A stretch of 64,000 bases of DNA. Source: Chiloscyllium plagiosum (lineage: Eukaryota). The position numbers and the translations under genes are program-made. The stretch is taken from assembly GCF_004010195.1 (NCBI RefSeq), contig NC_057751.1, positions 13,213,659-13,277,658 on the forward strand. The letters run 5' to 3'. The stretch's first letter is position 1; every line of letters starts with the position of its first letter. Below are positions 1 to 12,500 of this stretch, one piece after another. Below the pieces are notes generated by a model, which searched no databases, had not been told where the DNA came from, and was given only the letters and a program-made list of their open reading frames with translations.

Positions 1-1100
1 TTCAGGACTGAGAGGGATGGGTGGAGGAGAAGTTGTAGATAAAGGGGGTGGCGTGGCAGGGTAGTGAAGTGGGGATAGGTCAAGACAGGTGGAGGTTACA
101 ATTAGATTAGATTAGATTACTTACAGTGTGGAAACAGGCCCTTCGGCCCAACAAGTCCACACCGACCCGCCGAAGCGTAACCCACCCAGACCCATTCTCC
201 TACATTTACCCCTTCACCTAACACTACGGGTAATTTAGCATGGCCAATTCACCTAACCTGCACATTTTTGGATTGTGGGAGGAAACCGGAGCACCTGGAG
301 GAAACCCATGCAGACACGGGGAGAACGTGCAAACTCCACACAGTCAGTCGCCTGAGGTGGGAATTGAACCCGGGTCTCTGGCGCTGTGAGGCAGCAGTGC
401 TAACCACTGTGCCACCGTGCCACCCACAATCTGATTGGTTAATGGGAGGAATGAATCCAGTTGATAGGAGGAATGAGTGGAAGGGAGGGGGAGGGGCTGG
501 GAAGCGAGTCAGGATGGGAAGGGAGGTTATTTGAAATTGGAGAACTCAGTATTGAGTTCTCTGGGCTGTAGGCTGCCTAGGCAGAAGATGAAGTATAATT
601 CCATCAATTTGTGGTTTTGTTTGGAGGCCAAGGATGATCATGTCAGAAAGGGAGTAGGAAGGGGAATTAAACTTGGCGGCAACTGGGAGGTCTGGTTGGC
701 CCCCACAGGCCCAGCTGAGACGCTCGGTGAAATGTTCCCTTGGGAAATGTTCCCTCTGGAAGAAAAGCACATTGGGTGCGATGGAGGGTATGTGGCAGGC
801 AAGTGGAAGCTCAGGGTCACTTTTATACGGATGGAGTGGAATTATTCCACAAAGCGGTTACCCAGTCTGTATTTTATGTGTCCAATGTAGAGGTCACCTT
901 GTGAGCGCAGATTCAGTAGACTAAATTGAACAAAGTGCAGAATAAATTGCTACTTCACCTGGACTTTGAGGAGGAAGGAGCGAAACAGGCAAGCACCTTC
1001 TGCATTTGCATGGGATGGTGCATAAAGGTATGTAGAGGTGTTGAGAGTGGAAAAGGAGTGGACCTGGGTGTAATTCCAGGACAGCATGTGTAATGGAACC
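1..1100 (-). mobile_element. Penelope-like element fragment (GIY-YIG endonuclease C-terminal region and 3' flank), interrupted by an HE1 SINE
   Basis: Minus-strand translation FTERLSW..QPDLPVAAKFNSPSYSLSDMIILGL.. and ..FIFCLGSLQPRELNTEFSNFK resembles the PLE GIY-YIG C-terminus; similar to 50178-50915. The upper boundary is approximate. Confidence 0.75.
103..425 (-). mobile_element. HE1-type V-SINE
   Basis: tRNA-like head (A box TGGCACAGTGG, B box GGTTCAATTCC), V-domain GGGTTTCCTCCAGGTGCTCCGGTTTCCTCCCACA, CR1-like 3' end with (AATCT)n tail; TSD ACAAT at 98-102 and 426-430. Confidence 0.9.
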
Positions 1101-1605
1101 TCCAGCCATAGGTGATAATGGTGAGGGAACGTATTGTGCATGGCCACTGGAGCAATTGTGCTGGGAGCTCCATCAGGAAGTGATGATGGTTTGGAGGATG
1201 CCAGGCAGCCCAACTGGAGAAATCAATCTGACGGAAAGGATGTATTTTGGAGAAAAGAATCTCGAGGGGAGAAGGATCAGACAAAGGGAATTCTTTAACC
1301 AGATGGAAACCAAAGGGTCTGGCTGTTTTGTGTTAAATTCTCTTCATGTTTGTCATGGCCTAATTCACATAGAATAAAGAATGGCTGCTTTATGATCTTT
1401 GGGTTGCCCATTTGTTCAAATCTCATGTTACATTTAATTGTCCCATGGCAATTGAGGCCAAACATGTAGAAATTTGGCTTTTGAATGCACTTTGAAGTCA
1501 TGCGTATATGAGTGATGGTGATGCCCTCAGATACACGTGTCACTTGATATGTAATGAACTGTACACTTTATCATCATTGGCAATCATTCACCAATGAATA
1601 CGTTG

Positions 1606-1829
1606 AGATTAGAGTGGTGCTGGAAAAGCACAGCAGGTCAGGCAGCATCCGAGGAGCAGGAAAATTGACATTTTGGGCAGGAGCCCTTCATCAGCCCTCC
1701 TGATGAAGGGCTCCTGCCCAAAACGTCGATTTTCCTGCTTCTCGGGTGCTGCCTGACCTCCTGTGCTTTTCCAGCACCACACTAATCTTGACTCCTAATT
1801 TCCAGCATCTGCAGTCCTCACTTTCGCCA
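1606..1829 (+). mobile_element. PLE-derived hairpin element, family A, with two divergent hammerhead-like motifs
   Basis: ~90-bp inverted arms (1606-1694 / 1700-1789); CTGATGAAGGGCTCCTGCCCaAAACGTC at 1700-1727; degenerate TSD aatga(a/g)tac(a)gttg. Confidence 0.8.
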
Positions 1830-2304
1830 AATGAGTACAGTTGTCCACATCGGAAATTCTGTGTTACTATTCATGGGTTCTGTGGTTCCTCGCATGGCTG
1901 ATCAGCCCAATCCGAGAGCAGTATCTCTGACAATACATTTGGTGGGTGTTTCCAGGAGGTGAAAGTGGTCCTTCATTATGCATGACAGATATTTATAATC
2001 CCAGGGAAAGTAGTCAGACAGGAGATGAAGTCACTCACCACAAACTTATCACGACAGCTAAGAGTAGTGGAAATTGTTGTGGTAGTGGGGTGGATGATTG
2101 CAGATGCAAAGCTGTACCAACTATTCATAAAAAGGAAGATCCAGCTATCCTTATGCTGCTGTATGGGCACACAGGATGTAGACCCATGTGAAAGGTTAAG
2201 TGGTCACACTGTTAGGAATCATAATGTGGATCTGTTCTATAGGTTAGGTCTGTGAAAAACACGACACAACCTTCTGGGACCTCTGGGGATGATGAAGCCA
2301 ATTG

Positions 2305-2660
2305 AGGGAGAGACAGTGGTGTGCAGATAATGATATCGATGAATAATCCAAAGATTCAAGTCCTTGCTTTTGGGGCAGCAGTTCAAATCCCACAATGGCA
2401 GTTAATAGAGTTTAAAATCAATTAACATTTGGAATTGAAAGCTAGTATCGTAATGGTGACCATGAAAATATCATTTGATCATCGAAAAAAACTCTTTGAT
2501 TCACAAATACCCTTACCAGTCAAGCTACCTGTTGTCCAGATCTACAGCCTAGTAATGGACTCTTAACCATCTTCTGAAATGAACAAATCACTCAGCCTAA
2601 GGGCAATTAGGGCTGAGCAATAAAACCAATGATACCCACATCTCCATCAACAAAAAAATA
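2305..2660 (+). mobile_element. tRNA-derived SINE (family 2), diverged
   Basis: B-box-like gttcaaatcc; tail gggcaattagggctgagcaataaa...cccacatctcc; homologous to 21385-21752. Confidence 0.65.
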
Positions 2661-2699
2661 TCTCTGGAGAAAGCACCATCACCTGTCTCATCAGAAACC

Positions 2700-3500
2700 T
2701 CCACCAATGCAGTTACACCCACACAGCCTGTGGCAAGTATTGTTTGCAGCACTTGGATACCAGCCAATGGCCATCTCCAACAAGAGAGAACTCTCACCGA
2801 TTAACATCCAGTGCCTTTATCATTGCAGAATCCCTACTAACAACAACCTGGGTGTGACCATGACCATCAACAGACCTGTATCAGCTGTATAAATACCATG
2901 GCTACAAGGGCAGGTCAGAGGCTAGGATCAGTGCAGTAAATAACTCATCTCCTATCTGGCCGATCCCTGGTCAATTTCAATGATGCACAAGAGTGAGATG
3001 GACTACCCCTACATGCCTGGAATTTGTCCATCAACAGCTCCATCAACACTCAAGAATCTTCACACTAACCAGGACAAAACAGCTGGCTTGATTTTCACAA
3101 ACATTCACATCCTCCACCACTGATGCTCAGTCACAGCAGTAAAATACCTTCTACAAGATGGATTATAGAAAATCACTGAGGCTCCTTAGATCGCACCTTC
3201 AAAGCCTTTGATGACTACTATCTCGAAGGAAAAGGTCAGCAGATACATGGAAGCATTACCACATGAACATTTTCTCTTAAGTCACTTACTAACCTGACTC
3301 GGAAATACATTGTCATTGTTTCAAAATTGCTGGATCAAAATCTGGAATTCCCTCCTGAATACCATTGTGGATGTGACTACATCAGATGGACAGCAGTAAT
3401 TCAAGAAGGCAGCGGACCACAGTTTCTCAAGGATATCCTAGGGTTGGATAATAAAAATTGGCTCAGCCTGTGAAGTCCATATCCCCAATGAGTAAAAGAA
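2700..3500 (+). mobile_element. L2/CR1-group LINE 3' fragment
   Basis: Homologous to the reverse complement of 26030-26800; ends in the tail shared with SINE family 2. Confidence 0.7.
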
Positions 3501-4307
3501 CTCTCTGACCTTAGATCAAATACGCAAAACAGTCATCTCTTGCATGTCACCTTTAAATCAATGTGATTTGGGTGCCATGAGATTCTGGTATGGCACAGGC
3601 TTTATCTTGAAGGAAAGATGTAATTAAGGAAATGTTTATTGGATACAAATATTTATGGATTGCAAATGTATTACACATGGCAGTACACCATACAATAACG
3701 TGAAGCCTGATATGTCGCAGATGGTGTGCTGACTTTATCTCATCTCAAACAACTTGGAAAATTGCAATTTCAGCTTCCACCTAATTCAATCACCTCGCAT
3801 GACCCAATTCCCTGTTCTGCAGGACCCTGAAATCCTCAAACCCCACCCTCAAATGGCTAACTCACCCTTTTGACTTTTCAAGTGACAGAACGTCAATGGT
3901 TTAAATAATTAATACTTTTGTCACATCTAACCGAGCATTTCCATCTGAAATCATATTTATTTGTCATTGTTTCTTTCTTAGAACAACACCTGTCAGAGCT
4001 TTTGAAGATGTAATCAGAAAGGGAAATAGAGGGTATAAAAGGGCAGATTTGGATTCCCAGAATACTTGAAGTGTCAGTGCTTCACAAGAGCTCATATGGT
4101 GGGGATAAATCTAGTTAGAGGATTCATTAACAAATAGGAAAAGAGAGTCAGGATAAATGGATCATTGACAATCTGTAACGAGTGGGATTGCTGCAGGGAT
4201 TGATTTCCACAATCTACACTTAGGTCTTAGATGAAGGACTCAAGTGTAATGTAGCCAAATTTGCAATCAATACAAAGTTGTTGGAAAGCATCTTGTGAGA
4301 AGGACAC

Positions 4308-4956
4308 AGGCTGAATTTTACTTTGTTTTCACAATCCTGATATCAGGATGGAACAAATCCCAAGACTGCAGGGATCCTGCTCATTGATTTTCCTCGAGTT
4401 GTCTTTTTAATCGATTGAGTATTGTTGGCCCAATCACAGGGCCATATTCTCTCAAGCCATTATAGCACCACAGATGTGAACATTGCTGAGGATGCTAGCA
4501 GACCACAAGTCTTTGGTGGGCAAATTAATTAAAATGCAATCTAAAATTTTTAATCAAACAAATTCTCTTCCCAGAAAAGTCCTCTGTTCCTCAAAAAATG
4601 GTGATGCCACCAAGTGAAAGTGCCATTTCATACTAAAAGGAAAAACCCTTTTGGGTTGGGGAACAAGTGGATTGGGGAGGGAAGGAGGTTAGCTACAATT
4701 GTGAGTGCTGGCTTTTCTGCTTGCAGCACTTCTAAGGCCTGGAGCATCTGGCTCCAATGGTTTCCTCATATCCCCACGTTTGTTCACCATAAGCAAAATG
4801 CTCACGGTCCCACTTAATAATTCCATAACAGGGCATTTAAAAGCAGAAATTTTCTGTATCCTTTCGTCCTGAAGGTAGCCGATTCACACCCGAGCTTGGC
4901 TTGTGCTTGCTGCTGAGAAACTTTACTCCTGTACTTTGGCTTGTTAAATTCAGCCC
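4308..4956. mobile_element. Non-autonomous TIR element (MITE-like), ~650 bp
   Basis: Termini aggctgaatttta ... ttaaattcagccc form an 11/13 inverted match; the element splits the CR1 sequence at ggacac|aaagag. Confidence 0.6.
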
Positions 4957-5423
4957 AAAGAGTTCCAATAGCTTGAGATAAGTTAAAGCATTGAACAAAA
5001 AACTGACAAATGCATAGTCATGTTGGAAAATACGAGGTTATGCACTTTGCTAGGAATATGAGAAAACCAAAAGATGCATTACAGAGTGCCACAACACAAT
5101 GGGATCTGGGTGTCCTTGTATATGAAACACAGATGTTAACTTTGTTAAGGTAATAGTTAGGAAAACAGAGAACGTTTGACTTAATTGGCTTAGAGTATAA
5201 AAGTCAGAAAATATTGCTCCAAAACCACGAATGAAAAAAAAACTGGACAAAGCTGAACCATTTCTGGAATATGCATATAAAGTTTTGATTTCCTTATTTA
5301 GGAAAGTGTATATGTGGAGGCAATTGAGGGAAAGTTAATGAGGGTCATTGCTCGGATAATTAGTATGTCTTTTGGGGAAACGTAGAGTGCATTAGGCCTT
5401 TACTCACGGGAGTTTGGAAGGCA

Positions 5424-5803
5424 TGATTTGGAGGTGCTGGTGTTGGACTGGGGGGGGGTGGGGACAACGTTAAAAATCAACATTAGAGTGGTGCTGGAAA
5501 TGCACAGCAGGTCAGGCAGTATTTGAGGAGCAGGAAACTCAATGTTTTGGGCAGGAGCTCTTCATCAGAAATGAAGGGCTCCTGCCGGAAACGTCGATTT
5601 TCCTGCTCCTCGGATGCTGCCTAACCTGCTGTACATTTCCAGCACCACTCTAATCTTGGCTCTAATCTCCAGCATATGCAGTCCTCAATTTCGCCCAAGG
5701 TTAAAAATCACAAACAGGTGGTTGAAGAAGCAGCGTTTTGAAAGCTAGTGCTTCCAAATAAACCTGTTGGACTATAACTTGGTGTTATGTGATTTTTGAG
5801 TTT
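5424..5803. mobile_element. PLE-derived hairpin element family B (partly deleted), containing a family A insertion
   Basis: ggaggtgctggtgttggactgg...gttaaaaatca and gaaagctagtgcttccaaataaacctgttggactataa; same family as 9371-9572 and 24810-25001. Confidence 0.7.
5480..5699 (+). mobile_element. PLE-derived hairpin element family A
   Basis: Inverted arms as at 1606-1829; GAAACGTC at 5588-5595; exact 11-bp TSD GTTAAAAATCA at 5469-5479 and 5700-5710. Confidence 0.85.
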
Positions 5804-6431
5804 GGAGAACGAGAGATGATTTTCTTGAAATTTCTGCAGGAATTGACAAGATGAATGCTGAATAGATATATTCTCCCATGAGGGATCTAGAACTAGGAGG
5901 CAATTTTCAGAAGACACAGTCACTCATTTAAGAGGGAGAAGAGAATGTACTTTGAGAAGAAATTCTGTAAAACCTTGGAATTCTCCAGATGGGCACTAAA
6001 TCATTTAATATATTCAAGGGGCTGAGACCAAGATCAGCTCAGCCATGATTTTATTGAATGGCAGAGAAGGGTTGAGGAGTCATATAACCTTGTCCTGCCT
6101 CAATTCTTTTATTTTTTAGCTGATCAGATAGCTCTTAAACTAAGAGTGGATTCTTCAGTTCCTTGACATAACATAAAAGCTCTCAAAATGTCAACATTGA
6201 AATATTAATAGAAAGGGATTAAATCAAATTTTAAAAACAGATCATGCATGGCTGAAATGTAGATAATCCTGATTTTTTCTTTCATTTTCAAAGGCAAACA
6301 ATGTATCAGTGGTGTCAACTAATGATGTGTTAAATAATAATTGTGGTCTTGTCCAAATACCTCAATACAATTTTGAGTCTCACAAATGTTAACAAAAGTC
6401 AAAGCTTTGAGTGCAAAAAATAAATATAAAA

Positions 6432-6437
6432 TTTATT
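6432..6437 (-). terminator. Candidate distal polyadenylation signal AATAAA
   Basis: Minus strand AATAAA followed by TTTTATATTTATTTTTTGCA and a U/GU-rich tract; lies near the boundary between repeat-free and repeat-rich DNA. Confidence 0.55.
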
Positions 6438-9370
6438 AAAACACCCACAATATTTCAAAATGATCATGAAGAATACATTTACAAGGAAGTTCTTGCAAAC
6501 AACCTTTTTGTATACAATACAGTACAAATTAAAAAGAATCCTAGTCTTGAATCAGAGCCTTAATAATACAATTATAGACCACTGAATAAGACCATTGAAA
6601 AAGAATTCAAAGAAAATTAAAGAATAAATCAACCCAAAATAAAACTTTCAGCAAAATATTTACTGTACTAATATCTGCAGTAAGGTACATAAGATCCTAT
6701 TCCATTTGGACTTTTTAAATGCTACTTTCATCCATTAAACTGCAAACTTCATTTCAAGTAGCGGACAGTGACATTTCCAAAGAAAGTTTCAAGTATGGGT
6801 TACAAGTCAACCTCTTGAATCTGAGGAACTTGTCATACAGTATGTATAACATTTTTATGGTCAACAATTGAATACAAAGAAACAAATTTGAACAATATTT
6901 TCCTATTGTTTTATACTTTCATGATCATCTTTTCTCACCCCTAATTCCTTAAATACATTACAAAATAATAAAAAAGACAATAGGCTTTAGAACATTATAC
7001 ACTACTGCTTTGACATAATGTACAAAGTTTTTTTTAGTTAACCAAAGCATCAGAATAAGCTTATTTGTCACACTTACAACATGAACAGAAGTATTGTAAG
7101 CCAAAAATAAAATCCCTGAAAGATGTATGATAAAATAAACAGAGATGGCATACCGATACATCGCAGTTAAAAGTATCCCTGATGTCAGAGTGGAAAGTAA
7201 AGTTAAATTAGACCACACAATAGTCTATGTTTTATTTTCTTTAGGCAACTATTCAAATTAGTTTGGGATATTAACATCATACTTCTTTCAACATAAAGCA
7301 AATTAAAAGAAGCACAGAACTGAATATGTTTGCACCATTTTAAATATAGATTTTCAATCAAACATATCAAAATGACTTTGAATTGACTGTGCAAGATTTA
7401 CAGCAGTGGTTGTGCCATAAAAGTTAAACTGCAGCATTCTTAATTATAATTATTTACAGCCAACTGCAGGTGAACTCAAAAGAAACAGCTCATTGTCTAG
7501 TTTTAAAGAGTTGTCTTCCATTTATTTGCCATAAGGCAAAAATTAAATCTACAAGATGATAACTGTCTCACAGCTTTGCTGCATTAAACAATTAGTAATT
7601 ATGAAGCAGAATTTGAAATCATGAGGGCAATGTTTCAATTATGTTAGATATTCCAGGTTCTTAAAACATTTCTACTAAGACATAAAATACATGTACTCAA
7701 GACTGAGGCTCAAGTCCAAAACCCTGGTTACTACTCAATCTTGTTCTGTTAAGATGATTTTGATCTCAGGGCTATAAGAAAACAATGGTTAGCAAGTGCC
7801 TGAAGATGCATCACAAGTTTATTTTTACCTGTCCAATGCAAAAACAACCCTACTCTGACGACGTCTGTGGAATACCTATACTTGCATTGTCCAAAGGTAT
7901 TCAAAGTAGCAATGGTTTCCTAAGTCCATATTTTCCATAAAAAATTAAACAGGTCAAAGCCATATTTTCCACTCAGGAATAAACTGTTCTTTACAGAGAA
8001 GCTTATAGCCCTGAGCTCTTCAAAAACTTTAACTGACAATTATAATCCAAAAAGTAATAATATACAGCTTCCAGCAACAAAATTTGAATTAAATACAAAT
8101 ATTTAATCTTAGGAAGTGACATCTTTCATGACAAAGTGCAACACTTATTCATTTGTTTCAGGCCTATTAAAAGTATACTTTTCAGTTGTAAGCATTGTCT
8201 CAATTTGGCAAGAGTTCAGTTAAAAATGTTTTATGGAAATTTTGAGCTTGTTTCAAATTTGCCTTTCAAGTTAAATGGAAGACACACTCTTTAAAACTAT
8301 AAATTATTGGTGTTTGGTCAAATATCCTGTTTAAAGGAACAAATTCATTTTCAAAACATATCACATTGAAATTCAGATTTAAGTACTGTTCCGACTGATT
8401 TTATTGTAAACAAGTGAAATATGGAATCCCATACTAATTTGCTTGTTATTCACCACCAATTATTGGCAAAAATCATTTCAGCTTTTTATTCATATTTTCC
8501 ACACTTGGTATCCTTGCCAGTACAGATAAATTATAAAAGATATGAAAGCCAAATCACTAAAAGGAAAGCAGAGTAATTTTCTCTTTACAAGAATATACAA
8601 AGTGTACAACATAGTAGCTCACTGGAACTGCAACCCTTGCAATGTCCTTCCACCAACCACATGATTAATAGGATATTTTTACATCAAAAAGGTGCTTGCT
8701 GATTTACATGCTGCAAGGATCTGAGGCAATCTTGGAATACTGGCAAGCCATTAGGAATTTACAATTTCCACAAATAAAGATAAGTATATACATTAGCTCC
8801 TTGATGTAACATTCAGTTGAGCAGGGCAACTGAAAATGTGTAAATCATTTCTATGTTCTTCCATAATAGAGAAAGGACGATACCTCCTCCAAAATCACCC
8901 AAAAAAAGTAACACAATTGCAGTGTTTTGATGTGTTTAAAGGTGTCTCTATATTACATCGTTGACATCATTAAGCATTTTTGTTTTGCAGCAAGTTGCAA
9001 TGGAGTCAGAACCTGAACTGACTTCAGAAGTAACATTGAAACCATCCCTGAACTCCACAGCCAGCCCTGACAGGCAGTTGTCTCACACAGCTTGCTTTGG
9101 ACACCATTAAATTCAGGTGTATTAAACTGCCATAAAAAAAATGGCTCAAAGGTCCATTGAACCAGCTGAGTTTCTTACCTGAAGTAAACTTAAATGCTTA
9201 GAAAATACAGGTGTTACCTGTATTTACTGTTAAAAGTAGAGCTCTGTGAATGCACTTACTTTTTCAACAGGGATAATGAAATTTGAGCCAGATGGCAGAG
9301 TGTGAATACTGCCTGGTCTGAAATGCAGTTATCATTGTCAAAAGCATAAGTCACTTTTTCTGATATTTAA

Positions 9371-9572
9371 GATGAGGAGGTGCTGGTATTGGACTGGGGT
9401 GGACTAAGTTAAAAATCACAGAACACCAAATTATAGTCCAACAGGTTCATTTGGAGGTAGTAGCTTTCGGAGCACTGGTCCTTCGTAAGGTAGCGAAAGG
9501 AGCAGCGCTCCAAAAACTACTTCTTCCAAATGGTCCTGTTGGACTATAATCTGGTGTTGTGAGATTTTTAAC
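9371..9572 (-). mobile_element. PLE-derived hairpin element family B inside the putative tet3 3' UTR
   Basis: Inverted arms (agttaaaaatcacagaacacca... / ...tggtgttgtgagatttttaact); 12-bp TSD TCTGATATTTAA at 9359-9370 and 9573-9584. Confidence 0.85.
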
Positions 9573-12500
9573 TCTGATATTTAAAACATGTCAATTGTGC
9601 TAATATCTGAGGATATTCCTGCTCAAGATAATTCCATTTGAAAGCTGGATGTCATTGTGTTAATTGTTATTTGGTCTGCATGGGTTGCAGCAGATAAAAT
9701 TCAAATGCAACAGTGTACACAGTGTAGTTTATTACTGTGTTTCCAGACCATTTTCCCTAATATAATCTGCAAGATGAGGGAATATGAAAGACTGCTCAGT
9801 CACCCACCAGCTCCTAACAAGGATGCAAAAGCCCTGACTCCCAGCCAAGTCTTTTGTCATTCTGAGCAAGAAATGTATATCTAAGCAATACAATGTTCTG
9901 AAGTCAACCCTAGGAGTGGCTCTAATGCAACAAAAATGGAATATTTTACCCGTGAATCTTTAAAATTTAGCATCTGTGTGGGAATACCCACGTTACTTTT
10001 TCCTATTTACCTATTGAAAAATGTACCCTCTTGCCTGTAAAGGAAATGCATAAATACATTCTGCCAGAAAAACAGAGTTATAAAAGTGAAGAAAGCATGC
10101 CCAATTTTGTCGGTTTTGAAAATACAGTTTTTTTGAAAGCCATGCTTATTTGCATCTGAACTGCAAGATTGCCCTAATGTTAGAAGTTATACAAGGAATG
10201 TAGAAAACACATATTCCTGGGTTTTAGGACAAGGAAGTCACCAAACAGAATCCATATTTCTGTACAACCAAAACACAAACATTTATTAAAAAAAGGGGGA
10301 GGAACACCTGACTGGACAAATTGAATAGCACCTCAAATAAAACAAAAGAAAATATAAAAGCAATTTGAAAGAAGTTTAAAACATACTTCATATTTACAAA
10401 TACTGATATACAAAATAAAGCCACATGGATAAAGCATAAATTTATGCCAACATTTGAGCACAGGCAATGCAAGCATGTTGCTTCAGAATGGGTAACAAAA
10501 GCTAACATCTTTGTCATTGAAAAAACCAGAAATGCTGTATGAAGCTGAGCTGCCTTAAATCATTTTACGATAAGAAGGTTGCACCAAAAATACACACATT
10601 TAACATACTTCCTCGAAGAAGTCACATTTTCTACACAAAACTTCTGTTTAACGAATTGTGAACATTTTCTGTCACCACGCATAATTGAGTGCGGTGTGAG
10701 TCTCCACTGATAACAATAGTTGCGAAGTATTGATAAATGTCTCCTTAAACTAAATTGAGGCTGTAATGTAAGGATTTTTTGAATAAATTTTCTTTCTGAC
10801 AAGAAATTTATGTTGTGACACTGGAAATATTTTAACTCCAAATTAAATTTCTAATCTTGGAAAGTGTGTGAATATTACATTGACCACTGCAGCACTTTAT
10901 TGAAGATTTTTGTAGCACCTTTCAGCAGGTCATATTATAAATGATTCTCAAAGTCTGTTTCACTGATTCATGTTCAGCAGAAAATATAGTTCAATTGGTT
11001 TTGTGCTTTTTTACTGCCAAGCTATTTTTGAATGTCTGTTGACAACATTGCTGAGTTTAATATTCAATATTTTTCCAGACTTAAGTGAGGACTATCTCTT
11101 TAAATAATGCCAGGACTCAATGGCAATGTTAAATGCCATTCTATTTGATGAGCTGATGGCTAGTGGAATTTCAATGTTGGCAATCAGCATTCTATCACGA
11201 GATAAGGTTTACTTGCACAATGTGCAAATTAAAGATTTCGGAATCCCAAATCATTTTCTTTCTACATTATGTTCTAAAGAAATGATTTACTTCAATGTGT
11301 TTAAATCTAATTCATCACTATCTGTTTGGGTCTGACATTAGATATTGATTTGAAGAGCTGGTCCTTATTTTCTTCTTGCAAATATGTTTGTGACATATGT
11401 TTTGTTGTCTGGAGAGTAAAAATAGCAGTTTATCATTCCTGCCACAGCAAAGTTGCATGCAAGTGATGTAATGATGCATTTTAATCTGATTTCACCAAAA
11501 GATTATACATAAATAATTCATTGCAAGTTTTTTTTCCCTTGAAAATAATTCCCTTTAAAACATGAGGATCATTTATTCTCATGATTCTTTGATTTTAATT
11601 CATTCTGGTTGGTTTACTTATCTATTTTAGAGGTTTCAACATTGCATTTGACATTTGATGAGGGAATTATCACATGAAAGAATTTAAAAGATCTGCTGCT
11701 AGAAATTTAGTTTTGAGGCTTAAGTAGTTTACTGATATTCACTGAATGAGGCTCAAAGCCAAATTCTGATCTTAGCTTTCTTTTTTCAAGAATTTTTGAT
11801 TTTCACAGTACAATGGATTTTAATGAGCAGCTTTCACTTCTGTTTTGTACAAAACCTAATGTGACATTTGCATTGAAATTTTATCAGTGACAATATATTT
11901 GTCAGTGACAAATTTGCTCAACTCAGATCATTTGAGATTCGAAAGCAAATACTGTACTTCTCTACAATTAACCAGCAAAAATACAAGTAGCATGTTAGTG
12001 GTATTTAGCCACATTAAGTTATGAATCAGTAAGAAATGCTATCCTGCATTTAATTCAAGTTATGTCAGGCTGTTACAGTGAGTAAATATTGCTGGTATTT
12101 CACATTTAATTATTTATTTTAGCACCCTTTAGTGTTTGCATGTATAGAAATAATGCCTGAGGTTTAATTTCAGGAATTAAAATTACCTGTTGTTCAGGAG
12201 AGCTTTTACACTGCACTTTTAGTAACAAGGGGAATAGATTCTTATAAACCGCAATCTTTTATAGATTGGCCTAAGTACATTCGGGGTAAGGGGAAAAGTT
12301 CGCATTATTCTTGAAACATTGCTGCAATTTGGCATGCAGGAGTGCAATAACATTTCAAACAATCCTTTCAGTACTACATTTTTGTGTATCAAGCTGATCA
12401 GTTGTTTTTTAATAGCTTATTTGATAGCTGATACACGGACAGTTTATTGAAATCTCAAATAAGGATCATGTGTTTTGAACATCAGCTCTTGAAAAAAATC

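Larger units (their letters stand above)
4100..6110 (+). mobile_element. Old CR1 LINE 3' portion hosting nested insertions
   Basis: Degenerate RT C-terminal region and CR1 tail (gatcagctcagccatgatttttattgaatggcagagaagggttgagg) that continue across the inserts at 4308-4956 and 5424-5803. Confidence 0.65.

Noticed and set aside
268..534. Repeated ORF MDCGRKPEH... (also 18304, 24418, 32187) as a gene family
   Set aside because: It is the antisense reading of HE1 SINE copies.
1606..1789. Hairpins as pre-miRNAs or classical DNA-transposon MITEs
   Set aside because: Asymmetric 3' extension, 10-15-bp variable TSDs and homology to PLE termini point to retrotransposition; small-RNA production is untested.
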